A stretch of 64,000 nt of DNA from positions 65,286,001 through 65,350,000 of the forward strand of contig OZ260666.1 of NCBI GenBank assembly GCA_965285935.1, written 5' to 3'. The position numbers were made by a program, and so were the translations under genes. Each line of letters opens with the position of its first letter. Position 1 is the stretch's first letter. This document shows, piece by piece, positions 1-13,300 of this stretch. The notes beneath the pieces are model-generated. The model did no database searches. It saw only the letters and a program-made list of their open reading frames with translations, and was not told the DNA's origin. This DNA comes from Ophelia neglecta (Eukaryota).

Positions 1-1285
1 CATGTTTCCACCTCGCTACAGAAGTATTGAACATTTTGAATAGGATCCCAATAACAGGAAGAGCTTCAATGCTATAAAAATGCTGTAGAATATTTCATAG
101 CTTTGAATCATACAATTTGATTGAACCTTCTGAATCGAAGCTATGTATGACAGATGACTAAAGTACTAAGTGGGGACACACTGACAAGGATCAAAAGTGC
201 ATTAAATTTTGGTGTAACATTAGTTCATACAAGAATATATATTGTGTTGCACAAATTGGTTATCTTTATCTTCATCTATGCTGCTTATAAATGATAGCAT
301 GTTTAACTAACAGTTCGCCCTTCATGGCGAACCCATATTTGGATCCCAACAGTACCCAGCCGTGCGTCACAGTCATTCCACGATGTGCCCCTGGGCACAC
401 TGTGAAACTTGGGTATGGTGCACCGAGTCAAATGCACCATTCCAATATCATGCTTGTAACCTGAGTTACATTGTGTTTCAAACACAGTTCCGTCAGAGCT
501 ACATTCTGTTTCAAATACAGTTACTGTGAGTTGCAACATGTAGACATTTCAATCCTAACCCAATCAGTGTGTTACTTCGTAATACTTTTTCCACCGAGGC
601 TGACACATTTTAACTCAGTGGTGAGACGTGTTTAATAGAAGTACCACGTGAAGCCTTACAACCCACATATTTAAGTTGGTGTTTATATGAGAATACACAT
701 GTTATCGCTCACAGCGTTTGTGATCGATCGGTTTTCGCGTTATTTATACATGAAGTGCCTGACCATTTACTTATATTGATTGCTGATATACAAATCATAA
801 TTGTTAGCACACACACAGTCAAAATGTGTAAATCGGATCTCGTAACTACCTGTATTTTACTTGTAACTATTTCTCCAGTGAATTCATAATAACAGCCTCA
901 TTTCTGGCATCAGCGTCCTGGATGTTTACGACATAAGGGCTAAGGCTACACAGTTTGAGTGTGATTGCCAGTAAAATCCCCTTTTCCAACGGATTTTAAT
1001 TTTCAACAATTCACAATCTGAATAAAAGTGTGTTGTTGCTATTAAATACGAAGGCCTTTAACAATTGTGGGATCTGACATTGAGTTTACGACAAATGAAA
1101 CATAACTTCCCACACAGATGGCGACACTTGTCAGTATGTTCGCGCCATCGACCAGCGGGCGACATATTTGCTCCGGAAGCTCCACACTGTGCCTCGCCTA
1201 GTATCCAGGTAATGTTAGCGTTTTAAAGACTTCTCATGGCAGAATTAACTCCAAAAATATTATTAACCCCAGATTACGCTTTCTG

Positions 1286-1408
1286 AGGGGGGAGGGGGAC
1301 GGGGAAGGGGTGGAGGGTGGGGCGAGGGAGGGGGGGAGGGAGGGCGATACGGTGGAGGGAGGGGGGAGGGGGCGGGAGAGGGAAGGGGGAGGGAAAGGGG
1401 AGGGGAGG
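1286..1408 (+). repeat. Polypurine G-rich low-complexity tract (G-quadruplex/H-DNA prone)
   Basis: About 120 bp of almost only G and A with many G3-G6 runs; explains the spurious Pro/Ser-rich ORF 1234..1503 (-). Confidence 0.9.
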
Positions 1409-3420
1409 TTATAAATGGTTAATATAACCCCAAAGCTGAAAGGGGGGTCTGCCGCAGGTGGTCTCAAAACCCTACCCTTAATAAGTGCAAATTTTAAAGG
1501 CATTTATTTTAAAGTCACTATATTGCCATTTTTACTTGGGGTATAGGCTGTTATGGATTCTTTTATCACTAGGGGACACCACAAACACAGAAAGTTCTTA
1601 AATGCTGCATAAAACAACATTTTGGCAATTTTCTAGAGTTTTTTACCATGAGCAAGGGAAAATTTCCCTCCAAAACGACTTTTTTGGACGGCACATACCT
1701 ATTATGGATGGAAATGGCAGTGCCCTTTTGTTGAGATTTAAAAGAAATTTTTACGACTTTGGCCCGTTCCTGGACAATGTTTTCCACTTATTGCCTTTGC
1801 GTTAATTTATTCCTTTTTTCCAACCCGTTTTGTCGCTATGTAGCTGAAATCTTTCGTAAACCAAGACATTAAAATATGGTGACCTTCGGCCTTATGAACA
1901 TTAAATACTTTCCATTATAAAGCATTATCAATTAAAATTACAGATTGCCATAACATATTTTTTTCAAGAAATGATATTTTATAATAGACTGTCAGTATCT
2001 TACCATTTTCAGCAACATCTAATTTGTTTGAGTATATGAAAAACGCACTTGCATAAATTAATAAAGCAGTCAGGAACAATTCTCATTACTGAATATAAAC
2101 TATTGAAAATAATTATGATATGGTACTCCATTTAAAAGATTTGTATTTAAAATGCACATCACATTACAAAATCAAGCCCCTTACGAAGAGCCACCACTCT
2201 CAGATGACCACAATCACTTGATTTTATGAGAGGTCTCTGATAATTAAGGGTCTAATATATGACATTGTATAGTCAGCAAAAGAAATTGTGTTATACATTT
2301 GGCTGGTGGCCCATGAAGAAATACTTTATTGTTATATCCATACAATTGGATTAAACAATAAAGTAAACAAATGAAGGAAAATAATTAATAGGCTTTTGTA
2401 GGATTTTGTGAGGATCTTTGTGATGTTTGATGTTGTGGGAATAAAAGTTTGAACCTTTTATAGCAATGGCCCCATTCACTCTGGTGGATAAAAGGGATTG
2501 GTTATATAGCTATAGGTATATCAAGGTGTCTCCATGGTTTGTGGAATGTCGAATTTCTCTACGTGGCCCCAATAATGTTTTTTTTTTGTTCATGTGTGTC
2601 AAATTTCGTGCGAGGCCACCAATGCCAATCCAAAATTTGTTTGACGAAAAAGCATAAATTTGGCATATTTTGCTTTACCTCCGGCTTGGACAAAAAAGTG
2701 CGTTTTTGAAAACCAGTATGACGTGAATTCAAACGTGACTCATATAGATTTTTTTTCCATATGTCCGAGTAGGAATAAAGTTATAATGATAATACGGACC
2801 TATAAAGCGCATTAAGGCCCATACTGGCATGTGCTTCGCTTTGCAAGACCACCTACAGGTATGGTGTTCTCGGGGAGAATTTTGTTCAATTCTAGGATGG
2901 ACTGAGAAACATTCTTTCTGTTGTCATCAGAAAATCTTCTCGAGTGGATAGATATATAGATCTACTTTGCACCTTTCAACTTTGTCCTCGAAAAACCTGT
3001 AAAAACCCACTCACTATTCAACTATAGAACACTTCTATTCTCACCCTAAAAAGAAACATTTCTAAAGCATATATTGATCTATTTTAGGTAAACGTGTGGA
3101 GTGGTTCGCACTTGTGTACCCTTTCCTTGGTTTGCGCTAGGTCCAAGACCTTCTTGTATTTTACATGAAAGTTTATCATGGGTTACTTCATTATTTGAGG
3201 ATATAGTCTCCTAAACTGACATTTATACTTAGCATGTAAACACTTAACAAAGCTAGCGATCACCCACCTATATTACCTACAACAAGCTCCAGTAATTGAT
3301 TGACGCATGCCTCTTCAACCCTTCAGGCAAGGTGTGTTTAAATTTCTTTGACACCAGAGGTGTCCAAATCCTTAAATTCTTCAAAAGTGCCGACAACAAA
3401 GACACATTCAATTAAAAGTG

Positions 3421-3700
3421 TTAAGCACCCAGTAAAGTACACAAACACAGATTGGAACTCTGTAGTTGGGCAGCCACCAACCATTGAAAGCCTAAATTCG
3501 GTTTCAAGTGGGTTTTGTTCATGATCTTTGAGCCGCTATGAAGTCCTTTTATGACGATGTATTGTATAGCTAAGGATATCCAACAGAGAGTCTGTAGAGC
3601 AGGAGAAAAGATGTAGCGAGGCAGCCAGCCATTGCTAGTGGCTCTCAGCTGTGTGGGGGCCTTTGTGGAACAGATGGCCACCAATACTGATGAACACATC
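3421..3700 (-). mobile_element. Possible decayed terminal exon of a CACTA/EnSpm-type transposon accessory ORF
   Basis: Minus-strand acceptor ttttcttcacgcag at 3701, then frames reading DVFISIGGHLFH... and ...RYIFSPALQTLCWISLAIQYIVIKGLHSGSK, resembling the YYIFNLxYP...FIQ C-terminal motif of animal EnSpm-associated ORFs; contains stops/frameshifts. By-eye match only. Confidence 0.3.
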
Positions 3701-3781
3701 CTGCGTGAAGAAAATGTGAAATATCCAATAATAATAAGTACTCGTATTATTTATGTTCACCAAGGATGCTACAACTTAAAA

Positions 3782-4137
3782 TATATATAATAATAATAAT
3801 AATAATATTTATTCATTTGTATAGCGTACTATTACAGAAATGAAATTCCTTCTCATAGACGCTGAACATAGGTGCAAGAATAAAAAGAAGTTAAAAGACG
3901 ACTTATTGACTAAAATGCTGATTATAGTTAAAAAATTGACTAGATGAACCATGTTGACTAGAATCTACTGATATGCCTGTTTAAATAAAAATGTTTTTAG
4001 TTTGTTTTTAAAAGAAGCAAAAGTTAGGCTATCACAGCGCAAATCAGTTGGCAGGACATTCCAGGCATAGGCAGCAGCAAAACCAAAAGAGCGTTCACCA
4101 TAAAATTTAGTTCTGACTTTTGGAATGACGTAGAAGC
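3782..4137 (-). mobile_element. 5'-truncated L2-type LINE 3' end
   Basis: ORF 3965..4216 ends VIPKVRTKFYGERSFGFAAAYAWNVLPTDLR...FKNKLKTFLFKQAY*, the typical L2/CR1 ORF2 C-terminus, followed on the minus strand by a 3' UTR ending cgctatacaaatgaataaat(att)n. ACTTAAAA occurs on both flanks (3774-3781, 4138-4145), a possible target-site duplication. Confidence 0.8.
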
Positions 4138-5539
4138 ACTTAAAAAGCACCATGCTATGATAAAAAAACTGATTAGCGATCAAAGAACTGGATTGGTGGT
4201 CTCTTGTTAAATGCATCGCCTCTCACAAATAAAGTACATGTCACATTATTTAACGCAATCGTAACTTAACAAAATACTTTCTTAAACCAAAAAAATAGGA
4301 AACGGTAAAAGATCCACCAACATCACGATTTCTGGGATAGTCCGGGAGGGCCTGTTTGCGCCACAGACCCATTGCTGTTTTTGAATGTCCCATTCACCCC
4401 CACTGCAAGGGAACAATTTCACCCATTGAAATGTAATATTTAAAATATCGTACGGCCTACCATAAATGTCACATTACTGAGGCATGTATATGGACATTTG
4501 TCCCATTTGCTTGACAACCAGCTAGGAATATGCCTGTCGGTTTAGATGCGTATATTGTTTTCTATATATTTATAAAGTGCAGAAGTATAAAAGCTGATCT
4601 ATTATGCCCAGGTTAATGCTAGGATTCCCATCAATGGCAATAGCCTTTGGCCTTTTCATATAAAAAAAAAGTATGCCATGGCCCCTTTTAGATGTCCGCA
4701 ATTTTAGTCACATGTGTATCGCTAGTCTCTCACCCACTCACACACTCACATATACCGCAGGCGAAAACCATCAATCAAAAATATATTGAAATGCATAACT
4801 GCATATATTTATTTGTACGCCCGATGTGAGGAGAGTTTTTGGCAAGTCCTTCCACTATCGGCTGCCAACATGACAGATTTCTACAGAAAGAAAACCTTTA
4901 ATGTACTCGAGATTTGCACCAATTAGCATTGAATTGTCCATCAAATATATATTCCCTTTTATGAATGAGTATTTGATACATTCATGAATATGCATATATG
5001 TATATATTTCCAATGGTTATGTTTATACCATAGCGTAAACAAGGGTTCACTGCACTATTTTGATCTCTCGGCAAATGATGCCATGATATTAGGCCAGGTA
5101 GCTTAAGTTATAAAGCAAGTCATTTCAGAGCATTGCCCCAGTCTCCGGATTTCAGAGGGGGGAGAATTTACACTTGCTTGCTTATCCACCACATTTATCA
5201 TTTATATTTTATCTATATTTTATCAAGGTAAATCCTAATTGTCATCGGCCAAGGAAAATTTGTTATTTATGGATTCTACATGACACATACATGAGTCTGA
5301 TCGACCAATTGGCATTTTTCCACTTCGGAGGACAATAATTGATTCATGCTTCTCAATAAATAATTATATTGATTATATTTCTGGCCGTAAGTCCTCTAGC
5401 ACTCATCGTCGTTGCGTATAGACAGTCAGTGATGTTATAAAGGGAATGTCGTCTGCTGCAGCATGTCTACCTGACTAACATCAGATGTCATCATTGGAGT
5501 AATAGTGGAGTAATGCCATTAATAAAATATCTGTATGTT

Positions 5540-5830
5540 GGCATCTTATTTCTGCAGGCGCTCGGTTTCTAAAGCCGATCCTTCCACCCTAATATCCGTT
5601 GAAGTACCAGTTATCTTTCCATGTTCAGAGTCTCCTCTTTTTTTCATTGGGACCCGAGCAGGCATACTCATAATTCATCGGAATCAGCAGGGATCAAGGT
5701 CGGTAATTGGTTATTACTAAAACGTGAACTAATGAAATTGTCGTGTACAGGAAACGGGTCAGCCGGGCACTCGTCTGTCAGCGCCTCTATCATCCGGGCA
5801 ATGAGAATAAATCGAATTCATCAAACGAGA
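5540..5830 (+). mobile_element. Ancient Gypsy integrase C-terminal relic
   Basis: ORF 5621..5950 contains WDPSRHTHNSSESAGIKVGNWLLLKRELMKLS, resembling the Gypsy post-integrase YxD...IKVGDxVLLK...KLS segment. Confidence 0.45.
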
Positions 5831-8359
5831 TCTCAGGGTCGTACGCCGTTCCTGGAGAATAGTAAGACGCTGGTTTTACATTATTGTAAAGCCAATCTAC
5901 ATATCAAGGAATCAACTGGCGCCACATTAATCGGAGCCGTTAGGTTCTGAATAAAATATTAAAAGCGTATAGACTAAATTTCTATAGACCTTGGATTCTT
6001 TTTGTAGATATACAATCAGAGATTCTCTTGCGTGCAAGACTTAAAGCACGATTTATCCATTGTCTTTGTGTGTGCACTTACGTTTGGTTAACTGCAGTTT
6101 AGAGACATTGAAGATGACACCTGAGGACCGGAAGTTACCCGAACGCATGTAATATGTCATGCGCAGCTGGTCGTGAAGAGACCATACGTGCTAGCACAGA
6201 GAGGAACACTGATCCTTGATTAAACTCATCATTGCATTCTTTCATTACCGCTAACAATTGCACACCTCTTCAGTCAGAGACATGCAGGCATCGCTCTTGC
6301 TGTAATCCCGGCTGAAACACGCAAGCCAGTTTTATTGCTTTGCGGTAACGTTATAAACGGGTCGCTATACGCGTATTGCATGTAACTAAAGCAGCCTCAA
6401 CAGTAGACTTTTGGTACTTGTGCTTGTCACTGTTTTTGAACAAGGGGTCTGTCACATTGCCCTGTGATGTAGACAGATTTGTTATGCAGGGGTGTCTAGT
6501 TGAAAGCTTCTTGTCATTAACTGAAGTATGCCTTTGAAAAATTCTCTATCTGTAGTGTCGAAATGACGATGCTAATTCGGCAACTTATAAATTGCCATGA
6601 TAAATTTGCCAGCCGCTGATTTCGCTACTCAAACCAATGATTGGCCTGAGCAGAGAGGCTGGAAGTAATCTGATTCTAGAAAAGTCGCGGCCACCTTTTG
6701 GGATCAATATCTATATAGTACGTGGGATAAAAAAAAGGACAGGCTGTTATGCAATTCACATATTCCTGGATTTGGGACTGTAACTACAACGGAGACGGCA
6801 AACTATGTCACAACAATTCTTTCCTATTACAAATTGCAGCTTTTGCATATCTAACAGACAGTTCCTAACAAGGCATTCGCTCCATCACATGCTTGTGTCA
6901 ACTGCCAGATTATAGCGCATGGACCGGAAATTGGCCAGGGTGATTGTTCATAGGGCAATCACAAGACATTTGCCCCCAGTACAGCCTCGACAACAGCAAG
7001 CCTATTAATGTTATTTCTGTGTACTTGTATCCCTCAATAATGGACTGCCTGCCTCGCCCCAGGTTACATTGCCCGCTTTGATGCTGGCATCATGTAACTG
7101 TGTCTGAAGTGGTGACCACCACTCTTACTCAAAGGTCATCCAAATGTTTCCAGTTCTCAAGGAAGCCCAACCAATGCATGCATGCCAATAACAACGATAT
7201 TTTCCCCTTGCCTGAAACGACAAAGTGGTGTTTTCTTAACAAAAGCAGATCTGGTGAGGTTTATAATGGTGCATATAATGCTTCATCGACGTTTTTATTG
7301 CTTGTATCCGTTGTTGACTCGAGCTCATATAGACCTTAGCCTATAATATTAAATTTATTATATTTCCGGCTAGTGAACATTTCCAAATATAAATGCTCGG
7401 AGTGGGTGGGGTGGGTGGGGCGGGGGGGGGGGGAGGCGACTTGGGATTCGAACCTGACTGGCCTATTTATTCCTCTCAGAGACGAAACACCAGATTGACA
7501 TTAAACTTTTTACCGGAGTCTTTATTAGCATGGAGTACGATGGCCGGACTAATGTGGGAGTTCAGCAGGTGCAAAACAGCGTTTTTATAAAGATTCGTAA
7601 TAAATCCCATCTTGCCTCTAATATTACATTGATTGATTGCCGATATCCAAGTTAAGCCTATTGGATTCCTGCCTTTTCGGTCTACTTACCTGATAGAGAG
7701 TATACATGTATTCTGATAAAGATGTCCTGCGTTAATTATTTACGTTTTTCATTTGGCGGCTTATTCGGTTGTCTTGCAACGCCTCCTTATTCAATAATTC
7801 AGCAAACCTGGGCTTCCCCGTACAGTATGCATATTGAATAAAACTCCCTGGTAGAACTTGGAAAATGGCATTTGACGTATTGAACCCCCCACCCATACCC
7901 TACCCCACCCCCTCTTATTCCTGTACCTTGGGTTTTAGTATGCATATGGAGATATTTCATCTGGTTGATATAGGATAATTACATGTGATGAAGGTTCATC
8001 ACAGTCTGCTTATATGATGTAAGAAGCTGTTTTTGAATGTGCACATCAGACGTCTGCCTGTAGGAAAACGTCGGTTGTATCGTAGGTGTTACGTTACGGA
8101 AAGGTTATGCCTCACGAGTGGTGTAGCTGTATGACCTTTTGAGCCGAATGTTGTTGAAATCACATAAAAAAGAGAAAACAAATAACTAAACGCCACTGCG
8201 GAGGCTCGTGGCAATTCCAGATGTCGTCTGCTCGACATTTGCCGATGTGTATAGCAATATACCACAAATGGAATACATAAAACGGTATAACGTTAGCTCC
8301 GGCTTAGGCGATACACGGCCAATTTCTATATTCGATTTGTCTCATTTTGCGAGGCCAGC

Positions 8360-8373
8360 GTTTCCATGGCAAC
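8360..8373. promoter_or_regulatory. RFX X-box
   Basis: GTTTCCATGGCAAC, a canonical near-palindromic RFX X-box. Confidence 0.45.
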
Positions 8374-10199
8374 TAAAACCACCGGTGTGTCTGCCTGCGA
8401 GAAAAGCAGCAGGAATGCTTCCACCCAGATGATAATAGGTGAGTTGATTTGAGCGCTCGCGGAGAGAGGACACTTCCGAGACGGTATATTCTCATTGAAA
8501 CACAATTGAGCAGTGTTTTTTGTCGTCTTTTCCTGTAGGAGGAGCTAGGCGGGAACATCAATCGATCTAGTTTATAGCTCGAGGGGATTAGGGATTCATT
8601 AGAGACTTAAGTAGGAACGCAGGTAAACAATCCACTTTCAATCTACACGGTTATATTTGATTTTATTATTCGACATAAAATTGGTTGTGGGTGTCATCGG
8701 CTGATTTCAGGTAGATTCTATATTGATTCAATTGTCAAAAAGGATCTTTGTACAAATGTATAACGTCGTGGAGCAGCTCAAGAAGTGTCTCTATATAACA
8801 GGCGCTCGAGCTTGGCAGGCCCTTGTGTAAACCACACAAATGTCAGCTTCATCTGTCCTCTGTTATTCCTTAGATATGGCTTTAAAAAGGTGCTATAGTA
8901 TAGGATCTATAAGGTATAAATATAAATATGTGTATATAGGAAATGTAAACCAATCTGTACTCATTGCTTTAGCAATATATACTATATAATGTGCTTATAG
9001 TTTTGATATGTATAGAGACAAATTGCCGCATCAGCTTGTTACAGATCATATCTGAGGCCAGTTGAAGACAGTCGAGGTGGGCGCCCGTGCTATAATGTGA
9101 TTTCCCACGCCATGCTGATTGATTTTTATGTCCATTTCGCCTGATCATTCTGTGTTTCTCGTATCTTTTCGAAGCACTGTATTTTTACCACTGTAGAAAT
9201 TCCCTATTTAGAAAGTGGAGTTAGAATACACTGTTTATCTTAAATGGCAGAGGCATTTATAGTGGCAATATATGTTTTATTTCTATACCCGTACCTTATA
9301 ATTACCTTAAACAAATAGCCTGGTACATAATAAAAATATATGATTAGACTGATCTTTTAGTTATTCAGGACTTTTCAGGCTTCTCGTTACTCTTTCATTT
9401 TGTTTTCTCTGTGTGGTTGGATACCTTGACCATATCGATGTATGGCGTACCTCTTATATGAACACGCCATTTACAATTCAAGCTCGATGTCATTTTGACC
9501 GTTACTGTCTCGAGTCTGAGCTGCCATTTCACAGTTTTCTGGGTTACATTTTTTACATGGCTTATTATATATGTATGGGCAAACTCACTCTTAGCATTGA
9601 ATTTGGTTGATATTTCTGAGTTTGGTTATTTTTAACATAAATTTATAAGATGTTTTGCCCCCCGCATAACTTTCTACTGTTTTCAAGGGTGTAAAACGAA
9701 AAAATGTATTTGGAGGCAGGGCCGACGTTGTGCCTCTTTATACATTGAAAGATCCGACATGCTGTTTTATAAAGTTACAGTATGAAATAATTCCCGACGG
9801 AAAGGCGAAAGTTGACATGTTCACTCTTTGTTTTTTGAAGGACCCATGTAGAGAGGCGTTTCTTTGCCTATGTGCTTATGGGTTATTGACAAAACCAAGC
9901 CCCCACCTACGCAAGCTAAATGTCACATTAAAAAATCATTAGTAATTCCCTGAAATCCGAGGCAGTGTGTATATTATCTACTGTCTGCAGCATATCGACA
10001 ATGATTACGTGTAATGCGGGAGAAGTCAAAGCAGACGGATAGTTCCAGCAATGGAATGTCAATCCGACCGGATGTTAGGAGCCGTCTGCGTGCTGGTACT
10101 GTGGCGGGTCGCAACATATATGGGAGACCTGGAGCGCCCCCTCACTTCCCCACCCCCTCTTGTGCCTATTAATCTCCACTTGAATGTAGAGACACATAC

Positions 10200-10390
10200 T
10201 AAACATCATCAGTTACTCGTGCAATGCATCCCTCGGGTACCTGTGTTGCTCATCCAACAGTGAAGACCTCTTCCTGCTATGGTGCTCGTCGTCATGTTAA
10301 TACTCGTCCATGTCAACCCTTAGTGCGCACCATGTAGTACTCAATGGAGCGCGACCACTCGTGACAGGATTATCTGCCCTTGACCGATTT
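10200..10390 (-). mobile_element. Ancient Gypsy integrase zinc-finger relic
   Basis: Minus-strand translation GQGQIILSRVVALH*VLHGAH*GLTWT...GRGL...MHC resembles LHxAHxG...WPG...CxxC; in-frame stops. Confidence 0.35.
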
Positions 10391-13300
10391 TGACAAGCAT
10401 ATCATACAAAAAGAGATAAGATTTAGTAATCTTCTGAATATCAATCCTACTCTATTGCATCCCTTCTAAGACTTAATGTTTATGTTCTGAAGCTGTTGTT
10501 TAATACCTGGAAACCTGGTGAACATCACTCCAACATAGGAAAACAGATGATTGCAATCTTAAAGCTGAGATCCTCAGCTCAAATCTATATTATAATTAAA
10601 TCTTTGGAGAACTTTAAGGAGAAAAATGTCTTATTGGCACATGTTAACTGTTAACAGATTACACCAGGACATATTATCCAGGGACTATGACAAAGGATAG
10701 AAGTGTCAGAATGCCAGAAAGAGTTGATTAATAAACTCGAATAAGAAAAAAGGTAAATACATTTTCTGGGAATTTCCTTTTAACCCCACCTGTATAATTA
10801 CACACTCATTATCTGCACGGAAGGCCGGCGTGGTAGCAAGGAGCTGGTATAGGGCATGGGGTCGGGCGGAGTTTAAACAGGAAGAGGAGCGAGTCTAGAT
10901 AGTCACGTATTGCATAGGCTATCTTTACTAAACATTTGATTATAGCAAAGAAATGATGTTTTTTTGTGTAACGACAGCTGTGTTAAAGAACCTTTAGGTG
11001 CCAGGTATCCAATGAGGTTCATCTGCAAATCACACCCGATAAATAATCTGAGACAGATAAATATACAACCTGCTCACGGACATCGTGTGTGCAAGAAATA
11101 AACAAGATATTTATTTGTAAGTAGATGGTACGAAGAAAGAAATAAACTGACCCAATCGCCTGTGATTGAGGGAGGGGCTTTTGAGATAACAGCAGCTGCC
11201 ATGGTGGTTGCTTAAACACTATAGGTGTGTCCGAGGACGGTGGGTTGTGGTTGGGGGTTTAAGAGTTGGATGGTGGTGTGGGAAGGGGTTTGGGTGGAAG
11301 GGTAAGGTTTGTCGGGGGTAACTGCTACTGGAGGGGGGGTTGGGGATGTGGTAAGGGGCAATTTAAAGAGAACGTAACAAATGGGTCCTCCTGTAAAAGT
11401 AGTAGTAGTGTCACTTGACCTCATTTTGATTTTGTTAGCGAGAAAATTGATTACTCTAACAGCCGAAGAAGATTAGCAGTGACCTCTCAGTAAGACATCG
11501 GATTCTATCACCTCCTGTCAATGTTTCACACTCGTCTCGTTCACATAAACACTTCAAACTTGATAACGGAAACCATCAAGATTATTAATGCTTTAATTAA
11601 AACTGAAGTGAAGGTGGAGGAAACTTAACCCGGGCTCGAGTCGGCAGGTAGGAGACTTCAGTCGTCACAGGTCGGAGACCTGAGGGGCCCATCGACACAT
11701 TTTCCTTGACGAAACAATTATGCTAAATAACATTGGGTGATCTAGCATAGTCCTTAAGAGTTGGTGCGCTGTCCCTTGGTGGGTGTGGGATGGGTGACCC
11801 TCCAGGGGGGGGGGCCTGAGGACTTGGAACCCCCCGAGAGAACACCCATCTTATCGAAATATAGGGGGGTTCTGACCCCTGTGTCATCAGTACCTTATAT
11901 CCCCAATTCCCTAACTGAAGCCAATCGATTTGATTTTAGCAGTTCTTGTGTTTTTTATATCCTGGGACATTTTCCGGGATATAAACAATGGCGGTCCCCT
12001 CACAGGTAGGCAACTCAATAGAATTCCTTTTATTTAAAAAGAAAACGGCGAACTACACTGACACACCCTCACATAACGAATGGGCCCTGCCGCCAGAGAT
12101 ACACTGATGATGTTCAACTCTAGTATCTTGTTATGTCATTAATTCCCAGTTATTTGGTTAAGCTTTACGGCTAGGTAGACTTGACAGATAACATTCACAC
12201 TGACATGCGCGCAGGTCATGGGTCCCCTATAGTGTCAATCGGCGGAATTTAATTACTCGCCTGAATTCAAAGCGGAAGTATATATATTTTTTCTTATCCT
12301 ATACCTAGGTGATTGAACATTGCAGGTAAATCAGGCATTATTTTATTTTGTTCTCTGCGGGTTTAAGTTTCTGCAGCCATTGGGCATATGTGCATTTTTA
12401 TCCATGTACATGTACTACGGGCAACGAAATACCTAATCAATTGATTATTGTATAATAATTTATTTTTAAATCTTGTTTTCAGAATAAGACTTTTCGTTTT
12501 AAAAGTATTTGTCTGAAGTCTGCCTTTTGATACCACCTCATGCTTTGGTCTATTGACGTAAGTATGTCACCTATAACTTTTAAAACCCTAATCAGTCATT
12601 GCACAAGAAGTGACTTTTTTAATGTTCTTTTGTCATATAAAACAGTGGTATCATTCAAACTGGTATTCACTCTCTTGCATATGTTTTCATGTAGGTATAG
12701 GAAAAACGTTAACACTCACTTACGAGCACTTGTACATAACGGACATAAGTCTGTGGTGTATTTATCAGCGCCATGAGCCGTCTGACCTATATATATATGT
12801 TTGCATACATTTGAGCCAAATTCTTCACTTGAATATAATTTTTGCATATGACTATAGTCAAATTTTACACCACTATAATGCCCTGATCTCGTTGTCAGGT
12901 TCTGTGCACCACATTTGGCTGTTTAATAGACCTAATACAACAACGAGAAAAAACATGGGTATTTATTGTGCAAATCACTTCTCAGTTTGTACGAAATATA
13001 CGTATATACGTATTTTGTGTGGTGAGAATAAACAAATCAATCATCAGACAATATTGATTTTTATAAAACTGAAAATTAAACACTAAAATGTTCGAAATGT
13101 CTGTTTGTATACAGTCTTAAAACCCTAATTGAGCAGATATCACATATCACAGATCATTCAAATGACTGAGAAGCTTTTCTGGCAATTTAGAACTCATTTT
13201 CACGACTAAGTATTAATATAATGGTAACCATAGTTTCAACAATGCGATGCATGATGAATCTATCACCTCGTGAACCATCTGGCACGATTGCTTTTTTTCG

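Noticed and set aside
1234-1503. Proline-rich protein
   Set aside because: It is the translation of the G-rich low-complexity tract.
7441-7456. tRNA or SINE B-box (GGTTCGAATCCC on the minus strand)
   Set aside because: No A-box or cloverleaf around it; at most a SINE scrap.
12610-13086. 158-aa ORF
   Set aside because: GTG start, AT-rich composition typical of non-coding DNA, and no domain or splice support.
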